From positions 510 through 64,509 of the forward strand of contig DESZ01000030.1 of NCBI GenBank assembly GCA_002361485.1: DNA of 64,000 nucleotides, read 5' to 3'. The notes below the pieces were generated by a model, which did not search any database, was not told the origin of the DNA, and saw only the letters and a list, made by a program, of their open reading frames with translations. The stretch is from Cyanobacteria bacterium UBA3301. Its GTDB lineage: Bacteria; Cyanobacteriota; Vampirovibrionia; Gastranaerophilales; Gastranaerophilaceae. Numbering within the stretch: position 1 is the first letter of the stretch; every line of letters starts with the position of its first letter. Positions 47,069 through 56,790 of this stretch are shown here, piece by piece. The position numbers and the translations under genes were made by a program.

Positions 47069-47785
47069 CTAAGCTTCTCTTATATTTATTGCTTTGTTAT
47101 ACATTTGATCAGCAACTTTTAATATTTGCATACTTGCAAGCATAGATGCGTTTAGCCTTAAAAGTTCATTTGCGGAAGCATATACACTAACATTTGCACG
47201 CTCCAACGTTCCTTGTTTAAAACAATCATGACCTTTTACCAAACGACCTTCACCTGCATCATCAGTCGCTATCATTCTGTTCATATCTGCCTGTTCAAGC
47301 CCTGACGGGTTATCAAATCTTATTAAAGGTATATGCCCGAGTTTTTTAGGCTTGTCACCCTTGTAATCGTATGCTATGACGTCTCCGTTTTTCTTTATTT
47401 CGAACTTCAAACAGTTAGAAGGAATTTTTATCCCATCCCCGACAATCCAACCGTCATTTGTAACCAAATAACCGTCTTTACCTTGTTTAAAAGCACCATC
47501 ACGGGTATATTGAACTTCACCTGACGGGGAAGTAACAGGAATATACCCCGGACCATCAATTGCAACATCAAAAGGATTTTCAGTAACGCGCACAGAACCC
47601 TGTTTATAATCAGTTCGGACAGCACCTGTTAAATATCCGTCCTCCTTCAATATTTGCTCAAAAGTCTGCTTTTTATATCCGTTAGTGTCAACATTTGACA
47701 AATTGTGCGCAAGCATTCCGAAACGTTCGAACTGCACTAACGAATTGTTTGTACCTTTGGAAATTATCGCTTGAAAATTATACAT
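47069..47785 (-). CDS. flgG: flagellar basal-body rod protein, FlgG/FlgF family
   Basis: N-terminal HNLSNVDTNGYK motif, central rod domain and a conserved C-terminal helix (ELLRLNASMLASMQILK). Confidence 0.75.
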   Translation of the reverse strand: MYNFQAIISKGTNNSLVQFERFGMLAHNLSNVDTNGYKKQTFEQILKEDGYLTGAVRTDYKQGSVRVTENPFDVAIDGPGYIPVTSPSGEVQYTRDGAFKQGKDGYLVTNDGWIVGDGIKIPSNCLKFEIKKNGDVIAYDYKGDKPKKLGHIPLIRFDNPSGLEQADMNRMIATDDAGEGRLVKGHDCFKQGTLERANVSVYASANELLRLNASMLASMQILKVADQMYNKAINIREA

Positions 47786-47805
47786 AATTCACCTGCTTAC
47801 CTTTA

Positions 47806-48501
47806 TTATGCCTGACCTAACTGAGATATAGCTTTACCCATAACCGAATTTTGAAGCATAAACATTTGCCTGTTTGCATCAAAATTTTTCATTATAGGCA
47901 TCATTTTTATGAATTCTTCCTGTAAAGACACGTTGGAATACTCATTATAACCTTGCTTTACATTCGGGTCCATTACAACAAGCCCGTTTGCATCAACAAC
48001 GCCAAGCCTGCCGACTAATGTGATTTCATGCGTATCTGCATTGAATACGGAAATTTTGCCGTTTCTGTCAACTTTTACATGCGTTAAATCCTGCGGAATA
48101 AACGGTAATTTTATCGGCATACCTGCATCTGACAATACATTTGCATCCTCTAACGTTAATAATGAACCATCCTTACCGATTTTAAAACGACCGTCACGGG
48201 TTAACTTTATTCCGTTAGGAGTAGAAACCTGAAAATAACCTTTATTCGCAATCGCAATGTCCAAAGGATTTTCAGAAACCCCGATTCGCCCGACTTTATC
48301 ATCAATTGTTTCAGACAATGCATTTACACCTAAATACTCTGCAAAAGAAGAAACTATCGGCTCTTTACGCTGATATCCGATTTTATCAAACCCGCCAACG
48401 TTGTCATTTCGCATCTCTAACAAAACACTTTGAAGGTGCATTGCCCTTATAGATGTAGTTAAGCCGTTATTATTGTAGTAAATTCCACCGTTTAATCTCA
48501 T
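47806..48501 (-). CDS. flgF: flagellar basal-body rod protein, FlgF/FlgG family
   Basis: N-terminal NDNVGGFDKIGYQ and YFQVSTPNGIKLTRDGRF, with a C-terminal rod helix. First gene of the minus-strand rod block. Confidence 0.7.
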   Translation of the reverse strand: MRLNGGIYYNNNGLTTSIRAMHLQSVLLEMRNDNVGGFDKIGYQRKEPIVSSFAEYLGVNALSETIDDKVGRIGVSENPLDIAIANKGYFQVSTPNGIKLTRDGRFKIGKDGSLLTLEDANVLSDAGMPIKLPFIPQDLTHVKVDRNGKISVFNADTHEITLVGRLGVVDANGLVVMDPNVKQGYNEYSNVSLQEEFIKMMPIMKNFDANRQMFMLQNSVMGKAISQLGQA

Positions 48502-48713
48502 TTCTACCTCTACTTTATATTTATTATCGGATTAATTTATATTAATTATAAGTATTTCCGATAAAAATACTTCGTTTGTATGAGTTTTGCATGTATTTAA
48601 TGATGATTTTTATTTTGTCAATATTTTTTGGAAAGAAATAAATTTTTTATAAAGATTGTATAAAATACACTTGATTTAAGAAAAAGTTTAAGGTAAAATA
48701 TAAGTATAATAAT

Positions 48714-48731
48714 TTGTGATTTTTTTCACAA
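48714..48731 (+). promoter_or_regulatory. Rex operator (TTGTGATTTTTTTCACAA) in the adhE promoter region
   Basis: 18-bp inverted repeat matching TTGTGAA-N4-TTCACAA at 17 of 18 positions. It starts 3 nt after a TATAAT hexamer (48705..48710) and lies 53 nt before the adhE ATG. Confidence 0.65.
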
Positions 48732-48783
48732 ATAAATTGATATAAATATTTTTACACATATAATTTAAATAAAGGAGAAAACT

Positions 48784-51480
48784 ATGACAACAAAAAGCAA
48801 AAAAACAGTCGAAAAACTTGAGAAAACACTCAACAAATCAAGTATCGTAGATAGCGCAGAACAATTTGAACTGCTTATTGAAAGAGTTAAGAAAGCTCAA
48901 AAAATTTATTCTACATTTTCACAGGAAAAAGTAGATGCCATTTTTAAAGCTGCAGCAACCGCAGCAGATAAAGCTCGTATTCCTTTGGCAAGAATGGCTG
49001 CTGAAGAAACAGGAATGGGCGTTTTGGAAGATAAAATTATAAAAAATCACTTCGCTAGTGAATACATTTATAACAAACACAAAAATGCAAAAACTTGCGG
49101 AGTTATAAGTGAAGATAAAGCAAACGGAACAAAAATCGTTGCAGAGCCTTTAGGAGTTATTGCAGGTATTATCCCTACAACAAACCCGACTTCAACTGCT
49201 ATTTTCAAATCATTAATAGCCTTAAAAACAAGAAATGCTATTATCTTTTCACCACATCCGAGAGCAACTAAATCAACAATTGAAGCTGCAAAAGTTGTTT
49301 TAGAAGCTGCCGTAAAGGCAGGTGCTCCTGAAGATATTATCGGCTGGATTGATGTTCCGTCGGTTGAATTATCGGGACAATTGATGCAGCACCCTGATAT
49401 TGCTTGTATATTAGCAACAGGCGGTCCGGGGATGGTTAAAGCAGCATACTCATCAGGTAACCCTGCATTAGGCGTAGGACCTGGAAATACTTCTGCTGTT
49501 ATAGATGAAACTGCTGATATAAAAATGGCTGTATCTTCAATTATTATGTCAAAGACATTTGATAACGGTATGATTTGTGCTTCGGAACAATCCGTTATCG
49601 TAGTTGAAGATGTTTATGAAGAAGTTAAAAAAGAATTCCAATACAGAGGCGCATATTTAGTATCTAAAGCGGAAGAACAAAAAATGATAGACCTTCCGTT
49701 CATTGACCCTAACAGAGGAACCGCACATCCTGCAATAGTTGGTCAAAGTGCAGTTAAAATCGCCGAATTATCAGGTTTCGAAATTCCTGAATATTCAAAA
49801 ATATTACTTTGCGAAAGACCTTCTGTTGATTGGAACGATCCGTTCTCAAGAGAAAAATTATCTCCAATCTTGACAATGTATAAAGCTAAAAATTATGAAG
49901 AAGCTGCAAAAATGGCTTATGAATTAGTTTCAAAAGGCGGAGCCGGTCATACATCAGTTCTTTATACAGATGCAAGAACCTCGGAAAGAATTGATCACTA
50001 CGCAGAATTGATGCCTTCTTGTCGTGTTCTGATAAATTCACCATCATCACAAGGCGGTATCGGTGACTTATTCAACTTTAAATTAGAACCGTCATTATCA
50101 TTGGGTTGCGGTTCTTGGGGTAAAAACGCAGTATCAGGAAACATTGGAGTTGAACATTTATTAAACTACAAAACAGTTGCTGAAAGGAGAGAAAATATGT
50201 TGTGGTTCAAAGTTCCTTCTAAAGTGTACTTCAAAAGAGGCGCTACAGATTTAGCTCTACGTGAATTGGCAGGTAAGAAACGTGCTTTCATAGTAACTGA
50301 CAGATTCTTGTTCAATTCAGGCGCTGTTGATGCAATAACAAAAGTTTTAGACGAAATCGGAATAGACCACGAAATATTCTTTGATGTTAAACCTGATCCG
50401 ACTTTATCTACAATCAAACAAGCCATGGACATAATTAAGCCATACGAACCTGATGTATTTATCGCATTGGGCGGAGGTTCACCTATGGATGCAGCTAAAA
50501 TTATGTGGTTAATGTATGAACAACCTGAAACTGATTTCTCTGATATTTCTATGAGATTTATGGATATCAGAAAAAGAATTTGTTCTATCCCTGATTTAGG
50601 GAAGAAAGCTACAATGGTAGCTATTCCTACAACATCAGGTACAGGTTCAGAAGTTACACCGTTTGCGATTATTACTGACGATGAAACTCATGTAAAATAT
50701 GCAATTGCAGATTATGCATTAACACCAAACATGGCAATCATTGACCCTAATTTTGTAGACGGTATGCCGAAAGGTTTGACTTCAGCATCAGGTATCGACG
50801 CTTTAGTTCACGCAACAGAAGCTTATGTTTCTTGTATGGCTACTAACTTTACAAATTCTAATGCTTTAGAAGCTTGTAAATTGGTATTTAAATATTTGGA
50901 ACGTTCTTGGAGCAACGGCGCAAACGATCCTCAAGCAAGAGAAAAAATGCACTATGCCGCAACAATTGCAGGTATGGCTTTTGCTAATTCATTCTTGGGA
51001 TTATGCCACTCTATGGCTCACAAATTAGGTGCTATGTTCCACGTACCGCACGGGGTTGCTAATGCTTTATTAATCAGACAAGTTATCAAATATAACGCTG
51101 TTGATTATCCACACAAGCAAGCTATATTCCCTCAATACAAGTTCCCTAACGCAAAAGAAAAATATGCACAAATCGCTGATGAACTTGGTTTGGGCGGTAA
51201 AACAATTGAAGAAAAAGTTGAAAACTACATCAAAGCTATTGATAAATTGATGAAAGCTATCAACTTGCCTAATTCAATCAAAGATTTCGGTGTATCAGAA
51301 GAAGACTTCTACGCTAAATTAGATGAAATGGTTGAATTGGCATTTGACGACCAATGCACGGGTGCTAACCCTGCATATCCGTTAATGAGCGACATTAAAG
51401 AAATTTATATCGATGCATTCAACGGTGTTGTAAGAGATTACTACCCTGCAAAATCATCAAAGAAAAAATCTTCAAAATAA
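48784..51480 (+). CDS. adhE: bifunctional acetaldehyde-CoA / alcohol dehydrogenase
   Basis: 898 aa. N-terminal ALDH domain (catalytic Cys context DNGMICASEQS) and a C-terminal iron-ADH domain (GGGSPMDAAK, HSMAHKLG). Confidence 0.95.
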   Translation: MTTKSKKTVEKLEKTLNKSSIVDSAEQFELLIERVKKAQKIYSTFSQEKVDAIFKAAATAADKARIPLARMAAEETGMGVLEDKIIKNHFASEYIYNKHKNAKTCGVISEDKANGTKIVAEPLGVIAGIIPTTNPTSTAIFKSLIALKTRNAIIFSPHPRATKSTIEAAKVVLEAAVKAGAPEDIIGWIDVPSVELSGQLMQHPDIACILATGGPGMVKAAYSSGNPALGVGPGNTSAVIDETADIKMAVSSIIMSKTFDNGMICASEQSVIVVEDVYEEVKKEFQYRGAYLVSKAEEQKMIDLPFIDPNRGTAHPAIVGQSAVKIAELSGFEIPEYSKILLCERPSVDWNDPFSREKLSPILTMYKAKNYEEAAKMAYELVSKGGAGHTSVLYTDARTSERIDHYAELMPSCRVLINSPSSQGGIGDLFNFKLEPSLSLGCGSWGKNAVSGNIGVEHLLNYKTVAERRENMLWFKVPSKVYFKRGATDLALRELAGKKRAFIVTDRFLFNSGAVDAITKVLDEIGIDHEIFFDVKPDPTLSTIKQAMDIIKPYEPDVFIALGGGSPMDAAKIMWLMYEQPETDFSDISMRFMDIRKRICSIPDLGKKATMVAIPTTSGTGSEVTPFAIITDDETHVKYAIADYALTPNMAIIDPNFVDGMPKGLTSASGIDALVHATEAYVSCMATNFTNSNALEACKLVFKYLERSWSNGANDPQAREKMHYAATIAGMAFANSFLGLCHSMAHKLGAMFHVPHGVANALLIRQVIKYNAVDYPHKQAIFPQYKFPNAKEKYAQIADELGLGGKTIEEKVENYIKAIDKLMKAINLPNSIKDFGVSEEDFYAKLDEMVELAFDDQCTGANPAYPLMSDIKEIYIDAFNGVVRDYYPAKSSKKKSSK

Positions 51481-51493
51481 TAATAAATTACGG

Positions 51494-51528
51494 ATGCGCC
51501 CTATGTTTTGAAACATAGGGCGCATTTT
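51494..51528 (+). terminator. intrinsic terminator after adhE
   Basis: atgcgccctatgtt / aacatagggcgcat form a 14-bp stem followed by TTTT. Confidence 0.85.
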
Positions 51529-51550
51529 AATATGTATTTTTCCTCCCAAA

Positions 51551-52036
51551 TTAAATCCCCAACATCATCCTATTTACATTACCGCTGTAATACATTGAAG
51601 CAAACATCGCATTTTCATTTTGCTTCAATTGAGAATACTCAAATTGTAATTGTACTAACTCCTCTTTACACAAAGAATAATCCTGTTTATTGCTATTAAT
51701 ATTATTTTCAGGCTTAGAATCTATTTTTGTCGAAATAGCTTTTAAGATTTCTTCAGTTGACATACTGTGAGAAAAACTTGCGCCGACTTGTTTAGCCAGT
51801 TCTCTTGCTTTTGAAATAATTACGGCCTCCGAAGAAATGTTATTTTGCCCGTCTGAAGATTTTGATTTTTGAACAGCGTATATTTGAAGCAATTTTTCTA
51901 TCAGAACTTTTGCTTGAGCTTCCGATGATACCGTTGAAGGGTCAATTCCAAGCGCGATAAGTCTTCGGCGAGTTTCTTCGCTTAAACAATTTGATCCGAC
52001 ATATCCGTAATATGAACCGACAGAATTAATAAACAC
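51551..52036 (-). CDS. hypothetical protein
   Basis: 161-aa ORF with no motif. It fills the gap between adhE and the rubrerythrin gene. Confidence 0.5.
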   Translation of the reverse strand: MFINSVGSYYGYVGSNCLSEETRRRLIALGIDPSTVSSEAQAKVLIEKLLQIYAVQKSKSSDGQNNISSEAVIISKARELAKQVGASFSHSMSTEEILKAISTKIDSKPENNINSNKQDYSLCKEELVQLQFEYSQLKQNENAMFASMYYSGNVNRMMLGI

Positions 52037-52111
52037 GTTTCTAATGACCTTTCTACATGGGTTATAATTATTTTTATCCGCAAGTCAATATTATTGCCGG
52101 CTTTTTTACAA

Positions 52112-52153
52112 ACAATAAAAAAAGACCGACAGAAAACAAAATCTGTCGATCTT
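52112..52153 (-). terminator. intrinsic terminator after the rubrerythrin gene
   Basis: Minus strand reads AAGATCGACAG ... CTGTCGGTCTT (one mismatch) followed by TTTTTATTG. Confidence 0.7.
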
Positions 52154-52177
52154 TTTATACAAATAAAAATTTTAAAA

Positions 52178-52714
52178 TTATCCGAAATATCTTTTTAATA
52201 ATCCGTCAAAACCTTTACCATGGCGAGCTTCATCTTTTGCCATTTCGTGAACAGTGTCATGAATTGCATCATAACCCAATTCTTTAGCACGTTTTGCAAG
52301 TTCTAATTTCCCTTCGCAAGCACCAAATTCAGCTTCAGCTCTTAATTCAAGATTTTTCTTTGTAGAATCAGTCAAGACTTCGCCTAATAATTCGGCAAAT
52401 TTTGCAGCATGTTCCGCTTCTTCAAACGCATATCTTTTATATGCTTCTGCTATTTCAGGAAAGCCTTCACGTTCTGCCACTCTTGACATTGCAAGATACA
52501 TTCCGACTTCTGTACATTCACCGTTAAAGTTCGCTCTCAAGCCTTCCATTACTTGTGCATCATCAACTTTTCCGTCCCCTACATGATGTTCGCATGCATA
52601 TACTTTGCCTTCACCGCCTATTGCTTTAAATGTTGTAGCGCCGCATATAGGACATCTTTCAGGCATTGTATCAGATTCTGTTGACCAACCGCATACCGTA
52701 CATACAAATTTCAT
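52178..52714 (-). CDS. reverse rubrerythrin (N-terminal rubredoxin-like domain plus ferritin-like di-iron domain)
   Basis: CTVCGW...CPICG at the N-terminus, followed by di-iron ExxH motifs ([13 protein letters not shown]). The domain order is inverted relative to classical rubrerythrin. Confidence 0.88.
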   Translation of the reverse strand: MKFVCTVCGWSTESDTMPERCPICGATTFKAIGGEGKVYACEHHVGDGKVDDAQVMEGLRANFNGECTEVGMYLAMSRVAEREGFPEIAEAYKRYAFEEAEHAAKFAELLGEVLTDSTKKNLELRAEAEFGACEGKLELAKRAKELGYDAIHDTVHEMAKDEARHGKGFDGLLKRYFG

Positions 52715-52787
52715 AAATAAACCACCTTTCTTAAACTCTATTTGTAAATTATAACAAAGAGAAAAATTTTTGTACAGCTTATAAAAA

Positions 52788-53693
52788 TCAATTAAAATGA
52801 TTAAAAACTCGGGTTTCTACATCTTCTTTTGTAAAGAAAATATTTTCATCACTATAATTTATATTTAAACCTAATCCCTCTTTTACAACCCCTATTTTAT
52901 ACCCTATATCAATATTTTGAGGAACTGTTGCAACAATTTGATAATCTTCTCCGCCAAACAAAACCATCTCGCGCCAATTTTCAAAACATTCAAGCGATTT
53001 ATCGTATGGAATTTTAGAAAAATCTATATCCAATAAAACACCGCTTTCATTTGCTATTGTTGACAAAGCATCAGCAAGCCCGTCTGAAGTATCCATCATA
53101 GCATATTTGCCTTTAACATTTTTTGAAACATATTCCCCAAACGCAATCTGTGCAATCGGTTCAAGGTGTGCTTTAATAAATTTTGTATTTTTTTTACCCG
53201 ATAAAAGTTGTTTTAAACCGGCTGCAGAAGAACCATGAACGCCAGAAACAATAACTTTTTGTCCGATTTGCGCATTTTTTCTTGAGGAAATATTTCGTTC
53301 TTTTACACTTCCCAATGCACAAACAGAAATATAAATTTTATCTCCCCCTGTTATATCTCCGCCGACAATATCAACATTAGCTCCGCAAGCTTCTTTCGCG
53401 CCTTCATAAAAATTTTTGACAAAATCGTTTTCGATATCAGACGGTAAAGATAATGATATTGTTAAATATTTTGCCACTGCACCCGAAGCGGCAACATCTG
53501 ATAAATTAACCATCACAGACTTGAATCCTAATTGATAAGGAGTAGAATATGCTCGCTTAAAATGCACATCTTCAACAAGACTGTCTTGAGTTATTACAAT
53601 ACCTAAATCTTTTAAATATGCACAATCATCCCCGATAAAATCTGAATTTAAAATATTTTTTATTTCGGATATAAATTCTTTTTCTTTCATCAA
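52788..53693 (-). CDS. thiL: thiamine-monophosphate kinase
   Basis: AIR-synthase-like fold with the ThiL N-terminal IGDDCAYL, plus [11 protein letters not shown] and GGDITGG. Confidence 0.88.
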   Translation of the reverse strand: MMKEKEFISEIKNILNSDFIGDDCAYLKDLGIVITQDSLVEDVHFKRAYSTPYQLGFKSVMVNLSDVAASGAVAKYLTISLSLPSDIENDFVKNFYEGAKEACGANVDIVGGDITGGDKIYISVCALGSVKERNISSRKNAQIGQKVIVSGVHGSSAAGLKQLLSGKKNTKFIKAHLEPIAQIAFGEYVSKNVKGKYAMMDTSDGLADALSTIANESGVLLDIDFSKIPYDKSLECFENWREMVLFGGEDYQIVATVPQNIDIGYKIGVVKEGLGLNINYSDENIFFTKEDVETRVFNHFN

Positions 53694-55601
53694 TTAAACT
53701 ATATCATGCTCAATTAGAGAAATAAATTCGTTTACTAAAGTATGATTCCATTTTTTGCCCGCATCTGATTTGATAACCTCTAACGCATCCCGTGATGACA
53801 TTTTAGCTCTGTATGGACGCGGTTCAATTAACGCAAAATATTCATCAATTATCAAAATTATTTGAGACGTTAGAGGAATTTCGTCTTTTGAAATCTTATT
53901 CGGATAACCGCTTCCGTCCCAATTTTCATGATGATGTTCTATTATAGGTAAAATATCCTGAACATAAGATATAGGTTTCAAAATTTCTTGAGCCGCTATG
54001 ACAGGATGATTTTTTATTTTATCTTTTTCTTCATCCGTTAACGGTGTAGCCTTTTGCAACAACCCGGGAGATATCATCAGGTTTCCGATATCATATAACA
54101 AAATTGCAACACGAAGATTATCTATATCTTCTTTTGACAGGTCAAAACGTTTTGCAAGACTGACTGCGGTTAAGACTTTATTTTTAACAACACCTGCTTC
54201 GTGCATAGGGTTATAGAGTTTACTTAACATATCGGCAACCATATACAAAGACTCTTGTTTATTTTCACCTTGGTGCGCAGTAGTTTCAAGTTTTAAGCAC
54301 AATTCTTTTGACAATTTTCTTGCCAGAGGAACACGATTTTTTGAAAGAATATCGAGAAATGTATTAATTGCAATTTCTTGCCAAGAAGTTTCCGTTATAG
54401 GTTTTGCAAGCGTAACCCGATTTCTGCCGTTACGTTTTGATTGATACATTGCTTGATCGGTTAATTCCAAAAGTTCTTCTACATTGTCAGTATGTTCAAA
54501 AAAAGTCGCCACCCCTAAACTGCCAGTAATATGTCCGATAGTTTCAATCTCTCTGTTTTCAATTGATCTACGAATTCTCTCTGCGGCCGCCAAAGCACCA
54601 TCTGATGCAACCCCCGGCAATAAAATATCAAATTCTTCCCCGCCGATTCTTGCCGGAACATCGATTGAACGGGCATTACTTTTCAAAATTTCAGCAATAG
54701 TTTTTATTGCCATATCGCCGTATGCATGCCCGAAAGTATCATTGATTTTTTTAAGATAATCTAAATCTATACCAATAACGGAGAACGGCTGCATCAAACG
54801 TTTTGCACGCGCAACTTCTTTATTTAATGATTCTTCAAAATATCTGCGGTTATATAAACCGGTTAATGCATCCGTTACGGCTTCTTCACGAACTGCTTGA
54901 AACAAATCCGCAATCGTAATAGCCATTTCTATTTGTTTTGCAAATAAACCTAAAAAATCCGTTTCGGCAGAAGCCAGTTCCTCACGGGAAGAAAATACGC
55001 AGAACCAGCCAAATTCCTTTTCACGTGTGTACAAAGGAATAACTATGACTGATTTTACAGGTTGATTTGATAAAACTTTTGCAACAGTATCTTGTGTCAA
55101 TTCAGGCATTACGGCTTTTAAAGACAAATCAAGCGAACGTGTTTGGATTATTGTTTTTTGTTTAAATGCATCCGCAAAAATACTTGTATCATCATAATTT
55201 AGCCTGCGAGTTTGAATAGAAGGCGCACCTATAATATTATTCAGTCTTTCAATCAAATTATCCTTTGATTGTGCTAAAATACGCAAAAATGTTCCGTCTT
55301 CATCTTCACATTTTCTGATAATGACGCAATGCATATAACCGAGTTCGCCTTGAGTTGAATTAACAATAGCTTCCAAAACATTTTCTAACGGGGTCGAAGA
55401 ATTCATCATATCCCATATATGCTGGAGAGTAAACATTCTTTTATTAGCATCGTTTAACTCTTTAGTGCGCTCTTTTATCTCCTTTTCAAGCTCCAGATTT
55501 CGCTCATATATTTCGAGATAATCACGCTTTTCATTGTACAAGTTACTCTCAACTTCCGATACCTTACGCTTTACTTCTTTAAATTTATCAAACAATCCCA
55601 T
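53694..55601 (-). CDS. GAF - GGDEF - HD-GYP multidomain c-di-GMP signalling protein
   Basis: Diguanylate cyclase motifs (DALTGLYNRRYF, RIGGEEF) and a C-terminal HD-GYP (IEHHHENWDGSGYP). The N-terminal coiled coil plus GAF-like region is inferred only. Confidence 0.88.
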   Translation of the reverse strand: MGLFDKFKEVKRKVSEVESNLYNEKRDYLEIYERNLELEKEIKERTKELNDANKRMFTLQHIWDMMNSSTPLENVLEAIVNSTQGELGYMHCVIIRKCEDEDGTFLRILAQSKDNLIERLNNIIGAPSIQTRRLNYDDTSIFADAFKQKTIIQTRSLDLSLKAVMPELTQDTVAKVLSNQPVKSVIVIPLYTREKEFGWFCVFSSREELASAETDFLGLFAKQIEMAITIADLFQAVREEAVTDALTGLYNRRYFEESLNKEVARAKRLMQPFSVIGIDLDYLKKINDTFGHAYGDMAIKTIAEILKSNARSIDVPARIGGEEFDILLPGVASDGALAAAERIRRSIENREIETIGHITGSLGVATFFEHTDNVEELLELTDQAMYQSKRNGRNRVTLAKPITETSWQEIAINTFLDILSKNRVPLARKLSKELCLKLETTAHQGENKQESLYMVADMLSKLYNPMHEAGVVKNKVLTAVSLAKRFDLSKEDIDNLRVAILLYDIGNLMISPGLLQKATPLTDEEKDKIKNHPVIAAQEILKPISYVQDILPIIEHHHENWDGSGYPNKISKDEIPLTSQIILIIDEYFALIEPRPYRAKMSSRDALEVIKSDAGKKWNHTLVNEFISLIEHDIV

Positions 55602-55765
55602 AAGGAAAACCTTTCAATTATTGACAATGAATTATAACATTTTATCAGTTATGTTGGCAACATAGCTAAACAAATTTCAATAAAATAGCACAGACACTTT
55701 AAAATTTATAAATTATGTGATATACTTAAATATACGAGAGATTATACAGAAAATGGAGGTTTAAT

Positions 55766-56143
55766 ATGCATATTCACGTTAACGGAAAAAACATTGAAAT
55801 TACCGAAGCTATTAAAGCTTATGTGAAAGAGAAAATAGGTAAAGTTGCAGCACGTTATGACCAAATACAAGGTATAGACGTAGTTTTAACCGTAATTAAA
55901 AATCCTTCTGCAGAAGGAAAACATATCGCTGAATTGATTTGTAAAACTAATTCCGGCACAATTCACAGCGAAGAAGCTGCAGAATCAATGTATGCAAGTA
56001 TAGATTTATTAGCTGATAAATTTGCAAGACAAATTACAAAATTCAAGGATAAAAACATTTCTTCAAGTAAAGAATCCATCCGCGACGTATTTGTTGAAGC
56101 AGATGACTCGGCAGAAGAAGAAGTAAAAGCTATAGAAGATTAA
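55766..56143 (+). CDS. hpf: ribosome hibernation promoting factor (short HPF/RaiA type)
   Basis: Typical sigma-54 modulation/S30EA family start MHIHVNGKNIEITEAIKAYVKEKIGK. 125 aa with an acidic tail. Confidence 0.88.
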   Translation: MHIHVNGKNIEITEAIKAYVKEKIGKVAARYDQIQGIDVVLTVIKNPSAEGKHIAELICKTNSGTIHSEEAAESMYASIDLLADKFARQITKFKDKNISSSKESIRDVFVEADDSAEEEVKAIED

Positions 56144-56220
56144 TTTCTGTTATATTTAAAAAACAACCGCAATTAATGTGCGGTTGTTTTTTATTGGAGG
56201 TTTCATGGTAAAATCTGTTT

Positions 56221-56778
56221 ATGAATATAACAGGCGGAAGATATAACAGACAAAAAATTACGGCACCTGATGAACATATTACCCGTCCGACTCTATCGAA
56301 AGTCAGAATGGGCGTATTCAATACTTTGTCTTCCATTATGGATTTTGAGGAGAAAAGTTTTCTTGACATGTATGCAGGTTCGGGGATTATGGGGTTAGAG
56401 GCGATTTCTCGCGGATTTTCAAAGCTTACTGCAATAGAATATAACAAAAAAGTTTATTCAATTATTAAAAAGAATTTTTCAAAATACGAAAAAGAAAATG
56501 ATATAAAACTGTTTTTGGGTGATAGCCAAAAAGTCTGTACAAAATTGACGGATAAATTTGACGTAATCTATATTGACCCGCCTTACTTTTCGGGTGTTTA
56601 TGAAAAAAGCTTGGACTCTGTAAAACATCTAACAAGCGGTATCATTATTTTGGAACATACTTTGAATTTATCTGATAGTGGTAACGCCGACACGATATTA
56701 TTATCTGACGAATTTGAAATCATTAAACAAAAAAAATATGCCGATAAATTTATAACATTTTTAAAGTATAATAATTAA
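56221..56778 (+). CDS. rsmD: 16S rRNA (guanine966-N2)-methyltransferase
   Basis: N-terminal ITGG.....I..P....TRPT pattern, SAM motif DMYAGSGIMGLEA and the catalytic DPPY. Confidence 0.88.
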   Translation: MNITGGRYNRQKITAPDEHITRPTLSKVRMGVFNTLSSIMDFEEKSFLDMYAGSGIMGLEAISRGFSKLTAIEYNKKVYSIIKKNFSKYEKENDIKLFLGDSQKVCTKLTDKFDVIYIDPPYFSGVYEKSLDSVKHLTSGIIILEHTLNLSDSGNADTILLSDEFEIIKQKKYADKFITFLKYNN

Positions 56779-56790
56779 AACGAGAAAAAT

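Noticed and set aside
48523-48564. Two inverted CCGATAA(T) elements resembling the sigma28 (FliA) -10 box upstream of the flagellar rod block
   Set aside because: The -35 partner (TAAAGTTT at the proper spacing) is only a 5 of 8 match. Rod genes are normally not FliA-dependent. The sequence is very AT-rich, so a chance match is likely.
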